From a virus (Duplodnaviria; Caudoviricetes), in the IMG/VR virus record IMGVR_UViG_3300037467_003067, positions 128,001-192,000 of that record: 64,000 nucleotides of DNA; one strand, written 5' to 3'. This document shows, piece by piece, positions 1 through 9,560 of the stretch; the stretch's first letter is position 1, and each line of letters starts with the position of its first letter. Below the pieces are notes generated by a model that was not told where the DNA came from, searched no databases, and worked only from the letters and a program-made list of their open reading frames with translations. Made by a program: the position numbers and the translations under genes.

Positions 1-111
1 CACAGGAAAAATATCATGAACCCCGACTTCGCCGAGGTCGGATTTGGCAAAGGAGTTGCTTCAAATGGAATGATATATTGGTGTGCTGATTTCGGACGCC
101 CAATGATATGA
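1..111 (+). CDS. CAP/SCP (YkwD-like) domain protein, 3' end only
   Basis: Frame 1 reads HRKNIMNPDFAEVGFG...IYWCADFG*, the typical C-terminal CAP-domain signature. Not in the ORF track. Confidence 0.8.
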   Translation, partial: HRKNIMNPDFAEVGFGKGVASNGMIYWCADFGRPMI

Positions 112-121
112 AACAATCATG

Positions 122-152
122 AAAAAAGCCCGGTAATTTACCGGGCTTTTTT
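122..152. terminator. Bidirectional intrinsic terminator
   Basis: AAAAAAGCCCGGTAA-T-TTACCGGGCTTTTTT between convergent genes. Confidence 0.85.
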
Positions 153-424
153 CACTTATTGATCCATCCTGTTTTAGTGGCTTGGTCGACCTCTTCCTGA
201 GTGACTCTTCGATTCATGAACTCCGAGAGGCTTTCTAGGAAGTGTCTGGCGACATCTGCTTGGATTATACGGTGATATTCCGGACCCATCGCCATGGCTT
301 CTCGGTAAGAACCTTCGTCGATTCCCCAATCGAAAAGTTTGCCATCCACGAAGATTCCTTTAGAGAATAGGTTTTGGTCGTCGCGATAATACTTGACTTC
401 AAATGTTACTTGTTCTTTTGCCAT
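152..424 (-). CDS. Hypothetical protein, 90 aa
   Basis: Clean ORF downstream of the helicase, ending at the terminator. Confidence 0.7.
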   Translation of the reverse strand: MAKEQVTFEVKYYRDDQNLFSKGIFVDGKLFDWGIDEGSYREAMAMGPEYHRIIQADVARHFLESLSEFMNRRVTQEEVDQATKTGWINK

Positions 425-453
425 GCCTTAATGGAGTATCCGTTCGAGAACTT

Positions 454-1524
454 TCAAGCCGCGCACCAGAAAAGACGTTCCTTGGCGCGTGATGCAGCGG
501 TGTACGCCCATCGTTGATGATCCCAACCCTTACAAATTTGTTCCATGACCAAAACGTCATCGAACTGGTCGCCCTGGCTCTTATGTGCCGTGATGGCGTA
601 GGCGTAGTCGAAGGGGAGAGGACCGTCCTTGCTGTAATCGGTGAGGACTTTTTCTTGGTCGAATTGCTTCGGATCATATCGGATGCGGGAGTAGAGCATG
701 TCGTAGGATTCGAAGTCCAGGTAACTCTTCTTCTTTTCCTTGTAGAAATCAACAACTCTTCCTTGCATGCCATTGAACACGCCAGCGAGTCTGTTATTTC
801 TCAGGCACATGACCTTCTCGTCCTTATGGAGAAGGTTTTTATGTCCTAAAACTTCACGAACCTTGGTGTTGATTTCAATTCGGGTCTTGTTGAAAGCACA
901 GATATTCTGGTCGACTTGTGCGAGCAATTTAGGGGTGACTTCCCACCTCCTCAACAGTCTTACTTTGTCGCTGGTATTGAATCGGGATGGAAATGCCTTA
1001 GGTGAGCGACCATTGCGTATCCATTCACAGAATCGAGCAATTGGACCAGCATTTCGGTGAATCTTTTCGAGGCGATACATGGGGTCAGCCATGAGATTAA
1101 AATCATTACCTACAGGCGGTAACTGTCCGTGGTCGCCGACATAGATAACGGGTACGCCGAAGGACCTAAGGTCTTCGTCAATTTCCTGAGTGACCATGCT
1201 GGCTTCGTCAACGATGATCCCATCACACATCAGATCATTGGTTAATTGAAAGACAACTGACCCGTCGGGTTGTGTGAATGGCTTGTAGATGAGACTGTGA
1301 ATTGTACTTGCCGGAACGCCTCTGCGTCGGAGGACTTGGGCGGCTTTACCGGTGTAGGCGCACACGGCATAATTTTTCAAGATTTGGAGCAGATAGGAGA
1401 CACAGACCGATTTGCCCGTACCGGCGAATCCGCCCAATGTTTGGGTCGGTAGCGATTTCTTCTTTATACCTTCGACTATGGAGAAAATGACGGATTGCTG
1501 TTCGGCGGTTAAATCAAAAGACAT
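454..1524 (-). CDS. SF1B Dda/RecD-like DNA helicase
   Basis: Motifs GFAGTGKS, VDEASMV, VGDHGQLPPV, YAITAHKSQG, YTAASRA. Confidence 0.92.
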   Translation of the reverse strand: MSFDLTAEQQSVIFSIVEGIKKKSLPTQTLGGFAGTGKSVCVSYLLQILKNYAVCAYTGKAAQVLRRRGVPASTIHSLIYKPFTQPDGSVVFQLTNDLMCDGIIVDEASMVTQEIDEDLRSFGVPVIYVGDHGQLPPVGNDFNLMADPMYRLEKIHRNAGPIARFCEWIRNGRSPKAFPSRFNTSDKVRLLRRWEVTPKLLAQVDQNICAFNKTRIEINTKVREVLGHKNLLHKDEKVMCLRNNRLAGVFNGMQGRVVDFYKEKKKSYLDFESYDMLYSRIRYDPKQFDQEKVLTDYSKDGPLPFDYAYAITAHKSQGDQFDDVLVMEQICKGWDHQRWAYTAASRAKERLFWCAA

Positions 1525-1581
1525 TAGTCTTCCTCATATCATTTGTAGTTTATCTGTATTAGATTAAGTATTTGAACGGAT

Positions 1582-1610
1582 ATTGTAACAGGTTTGTTTG
1601 GGTCGATCAA
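1582..1610 (-). promoter_or_regulatory. Host sigma70-type promoter for the helicase
   Basis: TTGATC-N17-TACAAT with TG extension on the minus strand. Confidence 0.6.
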
Positions 1611-1622
1611 GAGATTTAATAA

Positions 1623-2177
1623 CTAAAGATTCGGTTCCAGGCGATAGAGCATGAAGTCGGGCAGGCAATGGGCGATCGTCCCGAGGAATCTCATAGTTCC
1701 TTCGCGGTCGAAGACGATACGGGTTGCGCCGTGACTGTCGATTTTCATATCACATGGCATGCCGACTTCGTTAAAGTAGCTCCAGATAACATGATTATTT
1801 TCTTGGAAGGCTGTGGTTCTCAAGCCGATCCGCCGATTGGAGTACCAAAATCCCTTGTCGCCGAACCAGACTGCCAGGGCGATATCCCTCAATTGGTCCA
1901 ACACATCCATATCGACTTTTTTCCTGTTATCATTATAAAACTTGGCACTGTATAAGTTCCAGGCGGAATCGCTTTTCGACCGCCACTTCAGAACTTTACC
2001 GCAGGGCGATGTCGGGGTTCTGGCTTCTAGGCTTTCCAATTCCATTCCCTTGTAAAACAACCAATTATGGTCATGGCTCTCGGAGATGCCCAGATAGATC
2101 GGCGATGACCTAGAGATGTAGCCATTTCCCAAAAGTGTTCCGTAAATTATTTGATTTTGGCGATTTGTAATTTCCAT
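1623..2177 (-). CDS. LAGLIDADG_2-family homing endonuclease-like protein, catalytic acids degenerate
   Basis: IIYGTLLGNGY and LAVWFGDKG versus canonical LLGDG / WxxDDG. Confidence 0.75.
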   Translation of the reverse strand: MEITNRQNQIIYGTLLGNGYISRSSPIYLGISESHDHNWLFYKGMELESLEARTPTSPCGKVLKWRSKSDSAWNLYSAKFYNDNRKKVDMDVLDQLRDIALAVWFGDKGFWYSNRRIGLRTTAFQENNHVIWSYFNEVGMPCDMKIDSHGATRIVFDREGTMRFLGTIAHCLPDFMLYRLEPNL

Positions 2178-2290
2178 AATAACTGCTGTTTCCTCTCTAT
2201 CTGGTATATATCCAAATCACAAATATAAAAGGTCAAAGTCTATTGTTGAATCCTATATACCATTGTCTTTAACCTTTTGGAGGACTATAA

Positions 2291-2638
2291 ATGGGTGCTA
2301 CTTCTGTCACGGGCGTAGGGCATGGAAGCGCCGAAGGCGCTAATAAGGGTAACGAACACACTTCTCTTGGTGTTGGTCGTTTGATTGGTCCGCGAATTGT
2401 GGCTGCTGGGCGAGCCACCTTGGCTACGAACGTTGCTTCGGTCGAGGTGCCTGTTCCTACCGCCACCGCTACCGATTACATTGTCTTGGCGACTTCGGTC
2501 AATGCCTCGACTGCCAATGCTGTTGCCGTCACGAGCTTCGCCGTCAATGCCACCACCAAGGTCGCCACGATCGGTCTCAAGGGTGCTGGTGCTAGCGACG
2601 TTGTGAATTGGGCGATTGTCAAGACCGGGCTTGCCTAA
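2291..2638 (+). CDS. Small Ala/Thr/Val-rich probable virion protein
   Basis: GGAGG RBS, upstream TATATA motif, beta-rich composition. Confidence 0.6.
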   Translation: MGATSVTGVGHGSAEGANKGNEHTSLGVGRLIGPRIVAAGRATLATNVASVEVPVPTATATDYIVLATSVNASTANAVAVTSFAVNATTKVATIGLKGAGASDVVNWAIVKTGLA

Positions 2639-2651
2639 TCGTTAAAATAAT

Positions 2652-2691
2652 CAAAAATCAACGAACAAAATATTTTGTTCGTTGATTTTTG
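2652..2691. repeat. Perfect 40-bp palindrome (terminator or cruciform)
   Basis: CAAAAATCAACGAACAAAAT|ATTTTGTTCGTTGATTTTTG. Confidence 0.9.
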
Positions 2692-2722
2692 CATTTAATA
2701 CTATATTAAGGCATCTGGATAA

Positions 2723-2782
2723 ATCGCAATATCGGGCGTTGATACACTGAGAGGGGGTGAAAACCTTTTTGCTCGATGCGAT
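2723..2782 (+). ncRNA. Candidate small structured RNA
   Basis: Nested stems ATCGCA/TGCGAT, TCGGGC/GCTCGA and GGGGT-GAAA-ACCTT, flanked by a palindrome and a terminator. Confidence 0.35.
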
Positions 2783-2784
2783 AC

Positions 2785-2820
2785 AAAAGCCATTACCTAA
2801 GATTTAGGTAATGGCTTTTT
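2785..2820. terminator. Bidirectional intrinsic terminator
   Basis: AAAAGCCATTACCTAA-GAT-TTAGGTAATGGCTTTTT. Confidence 0.85.
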
Positions 2821-2854
2821 ATTTTTCGAATCATTTTGGTTTTATTTGATTGGA

Positions 2855-3328
2855 TCAAATGGGTGGGCGAGTAGCACGACCATCCTGTGCCAATTTGTTA
2901 AGGTGGCGGATGATGCCACTCAATGACTTAGCGGCAGCACCACCGTTGAGACCGGTGATGACCGGATCTTGCATGGCACGTTGAATGAGCGAGGCGGCTT
3001 TTTCTAGTTTGCGTTCGCCGCTGTTAAAATTACGCCACCAGCCCTGAACACCTCTGCCCATGGGGCTGTTCTTGAACGCAGTTCCGGCTTGCTGACCGGC
3101 GTTCCAGGCACCGGCAACGGCTCCCTTGCCCAAGTTACCCATGCCAGCCATGCCCTGAGTGACGGCGTTTGAGGCGTGACCCATCGCCTGTGCGGCTTGC
3201 TGCGATCCGAGTGCCCAGTTTTCAAAATAATCAACGGGGTCGATATCAAGATCAACGAAAAGTTGCGCGGCTTCCCAGATCATCGGCTCTAGGGTTTGAT
3301 TTTCAACGAATTGTTCGAATGTTTTCAT
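2855..3328 (-). CDS. Putative internal head protein with capsid-targeting-like N-terminus
   Basis: Probable start MKTFEQFVE after AAGGTG RBS; TATATA at 3365-3370. Confidence 0.6.
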   Translation of the reverse strand: MKTFEQFVENQTLEPMIWEAAQLFVDLDIDPVDYFENWALGSQQAAQAMGHASNAVTQGMAGMGNLGKGAVAGAWNAGQQAGTAFKNSPMGRGVQGWWRNFNSGERKLEKAASLIQRAMQDPVITGLNGGAAAKSLSGIIRHLNKLAQDGRATRPPI

Positions 3329-3417
3329 ATTTTGCACCTTAATTCTATTAACCGAGCGATAAAATATATATGCCAAGACTATCTTAATACATATAATCCT
3401 TTTCAAGGAAAATCAAA

Positions 3418-4680
3418 ATGATTAGTACGGCTCAGCAGCAACTCGCCGATGCCTACCCTTATGCTAACATTGATCCGGAAAGCTGGGAGCGACTTCAGTA
3501 TCCTCAGAGCCTTCTCCAGGTTTCCCTCCCCATAAGACACGACGATGGTACTCTGAAAGTCTATAAAGCCTATCGATGCCAGTATGATTCTACTCTAGGT
3601 CCTACCAAAGGCGGTATTCGGTTTCACCCAAGCGTAAGTCGTGATTTGGTCACGGCACTGGCGTTTTGGATGACCTTTAAATGTGCTTGTGTCAAGATTC
3701 CTTATGGTGGTGCCAAGGGCGGTGTCTGTATCGATGCGACCAAACTCTCGCACCGAGAATTGGAGCGACTCAGCAAGGCATATGTTGAAGCGTATGCTGA
3801 TTACATCGGTCCCGACACAGACATTCCGGCTCCCGACATGTACACTGACGAGCGGGTCATGGGGTGGATGTATCAGCAATATCGCAAGATACATGGCGGG
3901 CATCCTCGCGACGTTGTGACGGGCAAACCAGCCGCCCTCGGCGGCATTGAGGGAAGAAGCTCTGCAACAGGATATGGAGGATTTTATGTGCTACAGTATA
4001 TCCTGGATAATCACGCGGCGGATTTCGGTTTGGGGACTTCCGGCACGACTGGAAAATCAATCGCGATCCAGGGATTTGGCAAGGTAGGTTATTGGCTTGC
4101 CGAGAAATGCTTCAAAGAAGGCATGCGAGTTGTTGCGATCAGCAATGAATTCGGCGCTACCTATGACCCCAATGGACTTGATCCAATCATCTGCAAGACT
4201 TCCATGTATGAGTCGCAAGGCAAGGACTGGGGAACGGGAACTCCGATTTCCAATGAGGAACTCTTGGGTCTCAAGGTGGATGTCCTGGCACCAGCGGCAG
4301 TCGAGAATGTGATCACAAGTAAGGTAGCGTCGAACATTCAGGCTAAATTGGTCTTGGAACTTGCGAATGGACCCACGACATTGGAAGGTGACAAAATCTT
4401 GCGAGATAGAAATATTTCTGTAGTTCCCGACATTCTCGCCAATGCCGGTGGCGTGATCGTTAGTTATTTCGAGTGGCTCCAGAATCGCCATGCCGAAGAA
4501 TGGACTGAAGCCATGGTCGATACCGGACTTCGAGATAAGATTGTCAATGCCACATCGAAGACCATCAAGCGAACTCTCCAGCATAATATTTCCATTCGTA
4601 CGGCAGCTTATGCCTTGGCACTCAAGCGAATTGGCGAGGCAAATGAGAGCCTGGGAACCAAAGACTATTTTGCTCACTGA
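3418..4680 (+). CDS. gdhA: Glu/Leu/Phe/Val dehydrogenase (glutamate dehydrogenase)
   Basis: GPTKGGIRF, PYGGAKGG, DIPAPD, TGKP, ATGYG, QGFGKVG, ELANGP, PDILANAGGV. Confidence 0.93.
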   Translation: MISTAQQQLADAYPYANIDPESWERLQYPQSLLQVSLPIRHDDGTLKVYKAYRCQYDSTLGPTKGGIRFHPSVSRDLVTALAFWMTFKCACVKIPYGGAKGGVCIDATKLSHRELERLSKAYVEAYADYIGPDTDIPAPDMYTDERVMGWMYQQYRKIHGGHPRDVVTGKPAALGGIEGRSSATGYGGFYVLQYILDNHAADFGLGTSGTTGKSIAIQGFGKVGYWLAEKCFKEGMRVVAISNEFGATYDPNGLDPIICKTSMYESQGKDWGTGTPISNEELLGLKVDVLAPAAVENVITSKVASNIQAKLVLELANGPTTLEGDKILRDRNISVVPDILANAGGVIVSYFEWLQNRHAEEWTEAMVDTGLRDKIVNATSKTIKRTLQHNISIRTAAYALALKRIGEANESLGTKDYFAH

Positions 4681-4687
4681 GGTTTAT

Positions 4688-4891
4688 GTGGAAGACTGTT
4701 ATTTCTATACCAAGCAAATTGATAGCAAGACATTTGTTGTTCCCATGTGTTTGGAGTGCGGTGATAAATATCCAAATTTGGGATGGTTCTGGGAAGGGTC
4801 GCAGAGAGGATACGGACCCTTCCTCTTCAAATGTGAAAAGTGCGATAAAATCATTTACGAACATAAAGAAGATCTAGATGAAACGAAGTAA
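4688..4891 (+). CDS. Small zinc-ribbon protein
   Basis: GTG start after GAGG; CLEC...CEKC; overlaps the methyltransferase start. Confidence 0.55.
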   Translation: MEDCYFYTKQIDSKTFVVPMCLECGDKYPNLGWFWEGSQRGYGPFLFKCEKCDKIIYEHKEDLDETK

Positions 4892-5681
4892 GATTCGACC
4901 GGTCGTCAAGACACACGGGGGGAAAAAATATCTAAGCCCCTGGCTGATTGACCTGTTTCCACAAGAAGAATACAGCCTATATGTCGAAGCGTTTGCGGGC
5001 GGTGGCAGTGTCCTTCTCAATAAGCAACCCACCGAGCGAGAGGTGTTGAATGACATCGATTCCGATCTCATCGCGATCTGGATGGTCTTGAAGGAACGAT
5101 CATCGGCTTTCATCGAGGAACTCCGAACCTGGAGCTATACTGAAGAGAGCTTCCAGAAAGCCAAGGATATGACCCCTTCGAATCAGATGGAGAAAGCGGT
5201 CAAGGAATATGTACTTCGTCGCATGAGTCGGGGAGGGATGAAGAAGGCATTCGCATGGTCAAAGCGATTGCGTGGTGGCAAGCCTGGTGACGTCAATGCT
5301 TGGGAAACGATGCTTGACCTGTTGCCGACCATTCACCAGAGGCTTCAGAATGTCGAGATCAGGAATGAAAGTTGGGAGAAGGTATTTGAAGATTATTCAT
5401 CCTCGGAGGCGTTCTTTTATCTCGACCCTCCTTATGTCAAAAGCACAAGGCACAAATCGGCGACCAATGTTTATGATCACGAAATGACTGACAAGCAACA
5501 CGAGAAATTGTTGGATGCATGCCTGAACAGTTCAGCTAAAATCATGATCTCCGGATATCAATCTCCTCTTTATACAAGTAAACTAAAAAAGTGGCAATTT
5601 AATTACAAGACAATTGCCAATCACTCCTCGCAGACGGATCGGAAGGCAGTCAAGCTCGAATGTGTGTGGCGGAACTATTAA
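4878..5681 (+). CDS. dam: D12-class DNA adenine methyltransferase
   Basis: GGKK, VEAFAGGGSV, LNDID, YLDPPY. Confidence 0.88.
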   Translation: MKRSKIRPVVKTHGGKKYLSPWLIDLFPQEEYSLYVEAFAGGGSVLLNKQPTEREVLNDIDSDLIAIWMVLKERSSAFIEELRTWSYTEESFQKAKDMTPSNQMEKAVKEYVLRRMSRGGMKKAFAWSKRLRGGKPGDVNAWETMLDLLPTIHQRLQNVEIRNESWEKVFEDYSSSEAFFYLDPPYVKSTRHKSATNVYDHEMTDKQHEKLLDACLNSSAKIMISGYQSPLYTSKLKKWQFNYKTIANHSSQTDRKAVKLECVWRNY

Positions 5682-5723
5682 TGTCGCATTGGTTGTGAAA
5701 TACGACTAATCTCTCTAAATAAA

Positions 5724-6056
5724 GTGGTACATTTTATGGAGAATAATCGAATGGCACAGATTAATGACAGCCAACCCACTCATCCCGTCATCACTTTCCA
5801 AGTTGATTTGTCCGCGCTAAATCAATATAGCCATCTTACTCCAGGACAGTATCAGGATAGCCCTGACCGGGGTAGGACCTATACCGAGAATCAAGCAACC
5901 ACTCGTGTTACCTGGTTTCCTGGATTGTTGGTAGGTGAAAACAGAGAACTCAAGCATGGTGACACGTTTATTCTTTATGGAGCCAAGGCTCAATACTACC
6001 GGGCTGAGATTGCCAAGGGAAACTTTCCCGAATTGAAAATCGTTAGCGCGAGCTAA
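5724..6056 (+). CDS. Hypothetical protein (late)
   Basis: ORF with CTAAATA at 5715-5721 upstream; true start may be a downstream ATG. Confidence 0.6.
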   Translation: MVHFMENNRMAQINDSQPTHPVITFQVDLSALNQYSHLTPGQYQDSPDRGRTYTENQATTRVTWFPGLLVGENRELKHGDTFILYGAKAQYYRAEIAKGNFPELKIVSAS

Positions 6057-6068
6057 AGAAAGGTTGAA

Positions 6069-6422
6069 ATGTTGACTTTTTTGAAACTTTGGGAATTGAT
6101 GCAGTCTCAGGATGATTCGCCGCTTAATTCGAGCGGCGAATCATCGAATGCGATGCATGCGATCCGCGCCGGGATGAACTTGCAAGGTGAAAATTCGAAT
6201 CGGTCTTTCTGGGATGATTTCCTCAAGCTTTGCAACAATACTGAGGGGATGTCTGAATTGCTTGATGTTCGTCCCGACCAAATTGCTAAATGGACCACAA
6301 AGATCAGAAATATGGTTCAGCAAGTCGAGAATGATGATCGCAATGACATCGATAAGAAGCAGGTATTGCCTACTGGCGATGGCTCCTTCGATAACACCAA
6401 TCAACCAGTAAAACCGTTTTGA
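6069..6422 (+). CDS. Hypothetical protein with weak targeting-like N-terminus (MLTFLKLWE)
   Basis: AAGG RBS; overlaps the next gene. Confidence 0.6.
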   Translation: MLTFLKLWELMQSQDDSPLNSSGESSNAMHAIRAGMNLQGENSNRSFWDDFLKLCNNTEGMSELLDVRPDQIAKWTTKIRNMVQQVENDDRNDIDKKQVLPTGDGSFDNTNQPVKPF

Positions 6423-7369
6423 CTATGGGACAGATCATCAGAAACCATCAGGTTCGCCATCACTCAACCGGGATTGTCAAGGCTATTGATCGCGCCAGAC
6501 CGAATAGATATCCATCGACGCCTGGCGTTTCGGGAGTCAAAAGAGTTGTGGAGCCACCGAAATATAAACCAGTGGTTGGACCCAATGTATTGTTCACGGG
6601 TGGCATCGGCGACTTTTTCGCCATCGAAAGTTTCATGACTAATGCCCAAAGGAATGCCATTAAGCATGTCTTCTTGGCGACACGCGCTCAAAAAGCAATT
6701 CAATCAATTCTGGAAGCATCGCCGATTTTCCCTAAATTACAAAGGGTCACAGTCCTACATCACGATTGGTCTAAGATATTCTGTGTTGTTTCTTACGAGC
6801 ATCTCAGATCGTTGTCAAAGAGCGAGAAGTGGAATATTGATTTTTCTATCGTTCCAAATGACCTCATCGACAACAGCATCTATTATGTGTTTAATGAGAT
6901 AACTTCCGGCAAACGGGTCTATAACCCTTCGGCGATTTTCGATCATTGTTTTGCCGACATTTCTCGTTTTAATTTACCCGAAACTTATACATTTATCCAG
7001 CCTTATTCTCCCAACGATCGCCAAGGTGGTCGTCGGGATTTCACGGATGAAGACTGGAAGATTACTTTGAAAAAACTGGAGTCTGCCGAGAAGAAGGGGG
7101 TTGTCGTGGTGAATTCAGATGATGAGGTGCCGACGAGTCCCTATCTGATCAATCTATCCAACCAGACCTCGGTTATTGAGGCGATCGAAATTGCCAAAAA
7201 ATGTGACAGCTTTATCGGCGTTGATAGTTGTTTTGCGGGATTGGTGAGCAAGTTCCTTCCAGCATCTAGCATGATCATCAAAACAGTTAATCAGCATTAC
7301 TTGAATTATTTAAAAGTCTATTGCTCACCTCACACCACTTTTGATTTTGTTCACTCCAATATTGTTTAA
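6419..7369 (+). CDS. GT9-like (heptosyltransferase-fold) glycosyltransferase
   Basis: GGIGDF, IQPYS, INLSNQTS, FIGVDS. Confidence 0.72.
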   Translation: MTMGQIIRNHQVRHHSTGIVKAIDRARPNRYPSTPGVSGVKRVVEPPKYKPVVGPNVLFTGGIGDFFAIESFMTNAQRNAIKHVFLATRAQKAIQSILEASPIFPKLQRVTVLHHDWSKIFCVVSYEHLRSLSKSEKWNIDFSIVPNDLIDNSIYYVFNEITSGKRVYNPSAIFDHCFADISRFNLPETYTFIQPYSPNDRQGGRRDFTDEDWKITLKKLESAEKKGVVVVNSDDEVPTSPYLINLSNQTSVIEAIEIAKKCDSFIGVDSCFAGLVSKFLPASSMIIKTVNQHYLNYLKVYCSPHTTFDFVHSNIV

Positions 7370-7371
7370 AT

Positions 7372-8283
7372 TTAGAAAAACTTGGCGAGGAATTCGGCAA
7401 TCCTGGGGCAATCGAGCGAAGAGTATTCGAAATCGGCAGGGCAATTGTTACCGTGCGTTCTGAACGACGTGATCAGGGTGTTCTCCCTGTTAACCCCTTC
7501 TTTATACATCGGGTCCAAAGATCGCCAATGATTATCCAGGAACGGCATGGGTAGTACGCATACAGTTGGTCGATGATGATGCCAAGACAACAAGACCAAA
7601 GAAGAATGGCAGCCGATGAATGCGTTACATCGTCGAATCAGGTGATATGTAAAACGAATACCAACTCGATCGATCAGGTTGACTACTGATGGATCGGATG
7701 TATCACATTTCTGAGTTCGTTCGCAGCAGACTCTAGGAGCATTGCTTCCTACGATCACCTTTTTCCCCGGCAGGTTTTTAGCCATATTGGTCAAGCTTTT
7801 CTGGTCAAAAGCGTCCCGATCCGACAATCCTGCAAAAGGCTGGATTACGATAACGGGTTCGGTGGTGTCGAAGATTTTACTGAGGTCATCCTGTTCCTTG
7901 GAGGAAAGATTGAAAACAGGCTCGGCATCGGGGAAGTTATCATGAGGAAGCGTAGAACCTGGTTTCATGTCGGCGGGGATTAGCGTTAGGTCGAAATTCT
8001 CGTATCCTTTGTGCTGGGGTAACTGGACGATCTGGACATGGCGGTTTACCACGGGATGATGCCAGAAGAGGTCTTCGATTCCGTTATTATGAACTTGGGA
8101 ATAAACATGAACCTCTATGTCTGGATTTGCTTCTTTGATGAGCGGAAGTTTACGAAAGAGGGGAGACCGAATGTAATGCATCACGGCATCTCCGAGTCCC
8201 CCGCCCAATATGAAGAAATACTTGTTATTCATTTTAGATTTAATCGACTTATATCTTCTGGTAATATTTTTGACCACGTTCAT
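7372..8283 (-). CDS. GT9-like glycosyltransferase
   Basis: GGLGDAV, VIQPFA, VNLIDR, FIGCHSS. Confidence 0.72.
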   Translation of the reverse strand: MNVVKNITRRYKSIKSKMNNKYFFILGGGLGDAVMHYIRSPLFRKLPLIKEANPDIEVHVYSQVHNNGIEDLFWHHPVVNRHVQIVQLPQHKGYENFDLTLIPADMKPGSTLPHDNFPDAEPVFNLSSKEQDDLSKIFDTTEPVIVIQPFAGLSDRDAFDQKSLTNMAKNLPGKKVIVGSNAPRVCCERTQKCDTSDPSVVNLIDRVGIRFTYHLIRRCNAFIGCHSSLVLLSWHHHRPTVCVLPMPFLDNHWRSLDPMYKEGVNRENTLITSFRTHGNNCPADFEYSSLDCPRIAEFLAKFF

Positions 8284-8848
8284 TCATGACGACAAAAGAT
8301 TCCTTCAATCCTTCGGGGTTGAAACGGTTGATCGCTTGTCCGACATCCCAAAAAGTACAATCATCCACGATCATGATTCCACCAGGATTCAGGATATTCC
8401 ATGCACCGAGCATGTCTTTCAAAGCACCTTCGACAGAGTGATTGCCATCAACATGGATCAGATCGTAGGTCTGCTTATTGACCTCTTCGGGGAAACCATT
8501 CTCCACGGTGTTGACCTTGAAAATATTGACGGAACAATCAGGAAAAAACTTGGCAAAGAATGATTTGGCTTTTTCATTTGATCCTGGAATGTAGCCTTCA
8601 TCATCGAGTCCTGTATAGCTGACATCTTTGACGCCATTCAACCCAGCGCCATAGACCAAAGCCATCCCGGAATAGCCGAATCGTACGCCGATTTCTAAAA
8701 TTGACTTAGGCTTGTATTTAAATCCGGCTTTAACATAGTCAGCGTAATAAGTATTGACACCGAAATCGGACTTGAAATTGTCCCATTGGTGAAACCCATG
8801 AGCCGCTTCGGTTTCAGTGATAAATTTCAGATAATTAGAAAAATCCAT
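8249..8848 (-). CDS. Class I SAM methyltransferase (Methyltransf_24-like)
   Basis: Start MDFSNY after AAGGAG; ILEIGVRFGYS, DLIHVDGNHS, LNPGGIMIVDD. Confidence 0.85.
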   Translation of the reverse strand: MDFSNYLKFITETEAAHGFHQWDNFKSDFGVNTYYADYVKAGFKYKPKSILEIGVRFGYSGMALVYGAGLNGVKDVSYTGLDDEGYIPGSNEKAKSFFAKFFPDCSVNIFKVNTVENGFPEEVNKQTYDLIHVDGNHSVEGALKDMLGAWNILNPGGIMIVDDCTFWDVGQAINRFNPEGLKESFVVMNERGQKYYQKI

Positions 8849-8902
8849 ATTAGTCTCCTTACTTAATATAGAAACTAAGTATCTTTTTATGGTGGAAAAA
8901 TT

Positions 8903-9502
8903 ATGCGTTATACCGGAACTTACATGCCCTGTAGTTGGGCGGCTAAGAAGCGAAGAATTGAGGAGAGATTCTTCGAAAAATATTGTCAAGGCAGAGGGAT
9001 CGACATCGGAGCCGGGTGTGATCCCGTAACCCCGACTGTGGAGACTTGGGACCAGGATCACGGGCAAGGAGATGCGACTTTCATGGAAGGAGTTCAGCCA
9101 GAATCCTATGATTTCGTTTATTCGTCCCACTGCCTGGAACACATCCCTGAAATGGAACTGGCATTGAAGAATTGGTGGAATTTGGTCAAACCGGGCGGTT
9201 ATTTGATCATCGTAGTTCCCCATCGCAATCTCTACGAGCAGAAGCGAACGTTGCCTTCGGCATTCAATGCCGGTCATGTTCGTTTCTTCCTGATTGATCG
9301 CGACGAGTCGCCGGATACTATTGGACTGGTCCCGTTGCTGGGTCGGGTCTTGGAAGATGGGGATTTGATTCATGCCAAGAAGTGCGATTCATTGGTCCAA
9401 GTAGGAGACAAGGTCGAACCTGAGTTCTCGATCGAAGTGGTTATTCGCAAGATCATGCCCAAAGATTTGATCAATTATAGATGGCATGAGCCTAAATCTT
9501 GA
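8903..9502 (+). CDS. Class I SAM methyltransferase (Methyltransf_11-like)
   Basis: GIDIGAG, YDFVYSSHCLEH, VKPGGYL. Confidence 0.85.
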   Translation: MRYTGTYMPCSWAAKKRRIEERFFEKYCQGRGIDIGAGCDPVTPTVETWDQDHGQGDATFMEGVQPESYDFVYSSHCLEHIPEMELALKNWWNLVKPGGYLIIVVPHRNLYEQKRTLPSAFNAGHVRFFLIDRDESPDTIGLVPLLGRVLEDGDLIHAKKCDSLVQVGDKVEPEFSIEVVIRKIMPKDLINYRWHEPKS

Positions 9503-9560
9503 AACAATTTATGGCACGAATATATACATTGTTCGATATAATACCCGAGGAGGTGCGGCA

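Noticed and set aside
2710-2782. TPP riboswitch or hammerhead ribozyme (CTGAGA, GAAA words)
   Set aside because: The conserved elements are in the wrong order or missing, and there is no downstream gene on that strand.
8849-9373. N-terminal extension of the 374-aa ORF (likewise 13948-14157 and 29069-29155)
   Set aside because: The extensions overlap a real opposite-strand gene or a promoter; internal starts with RBS or promoter support fit better.
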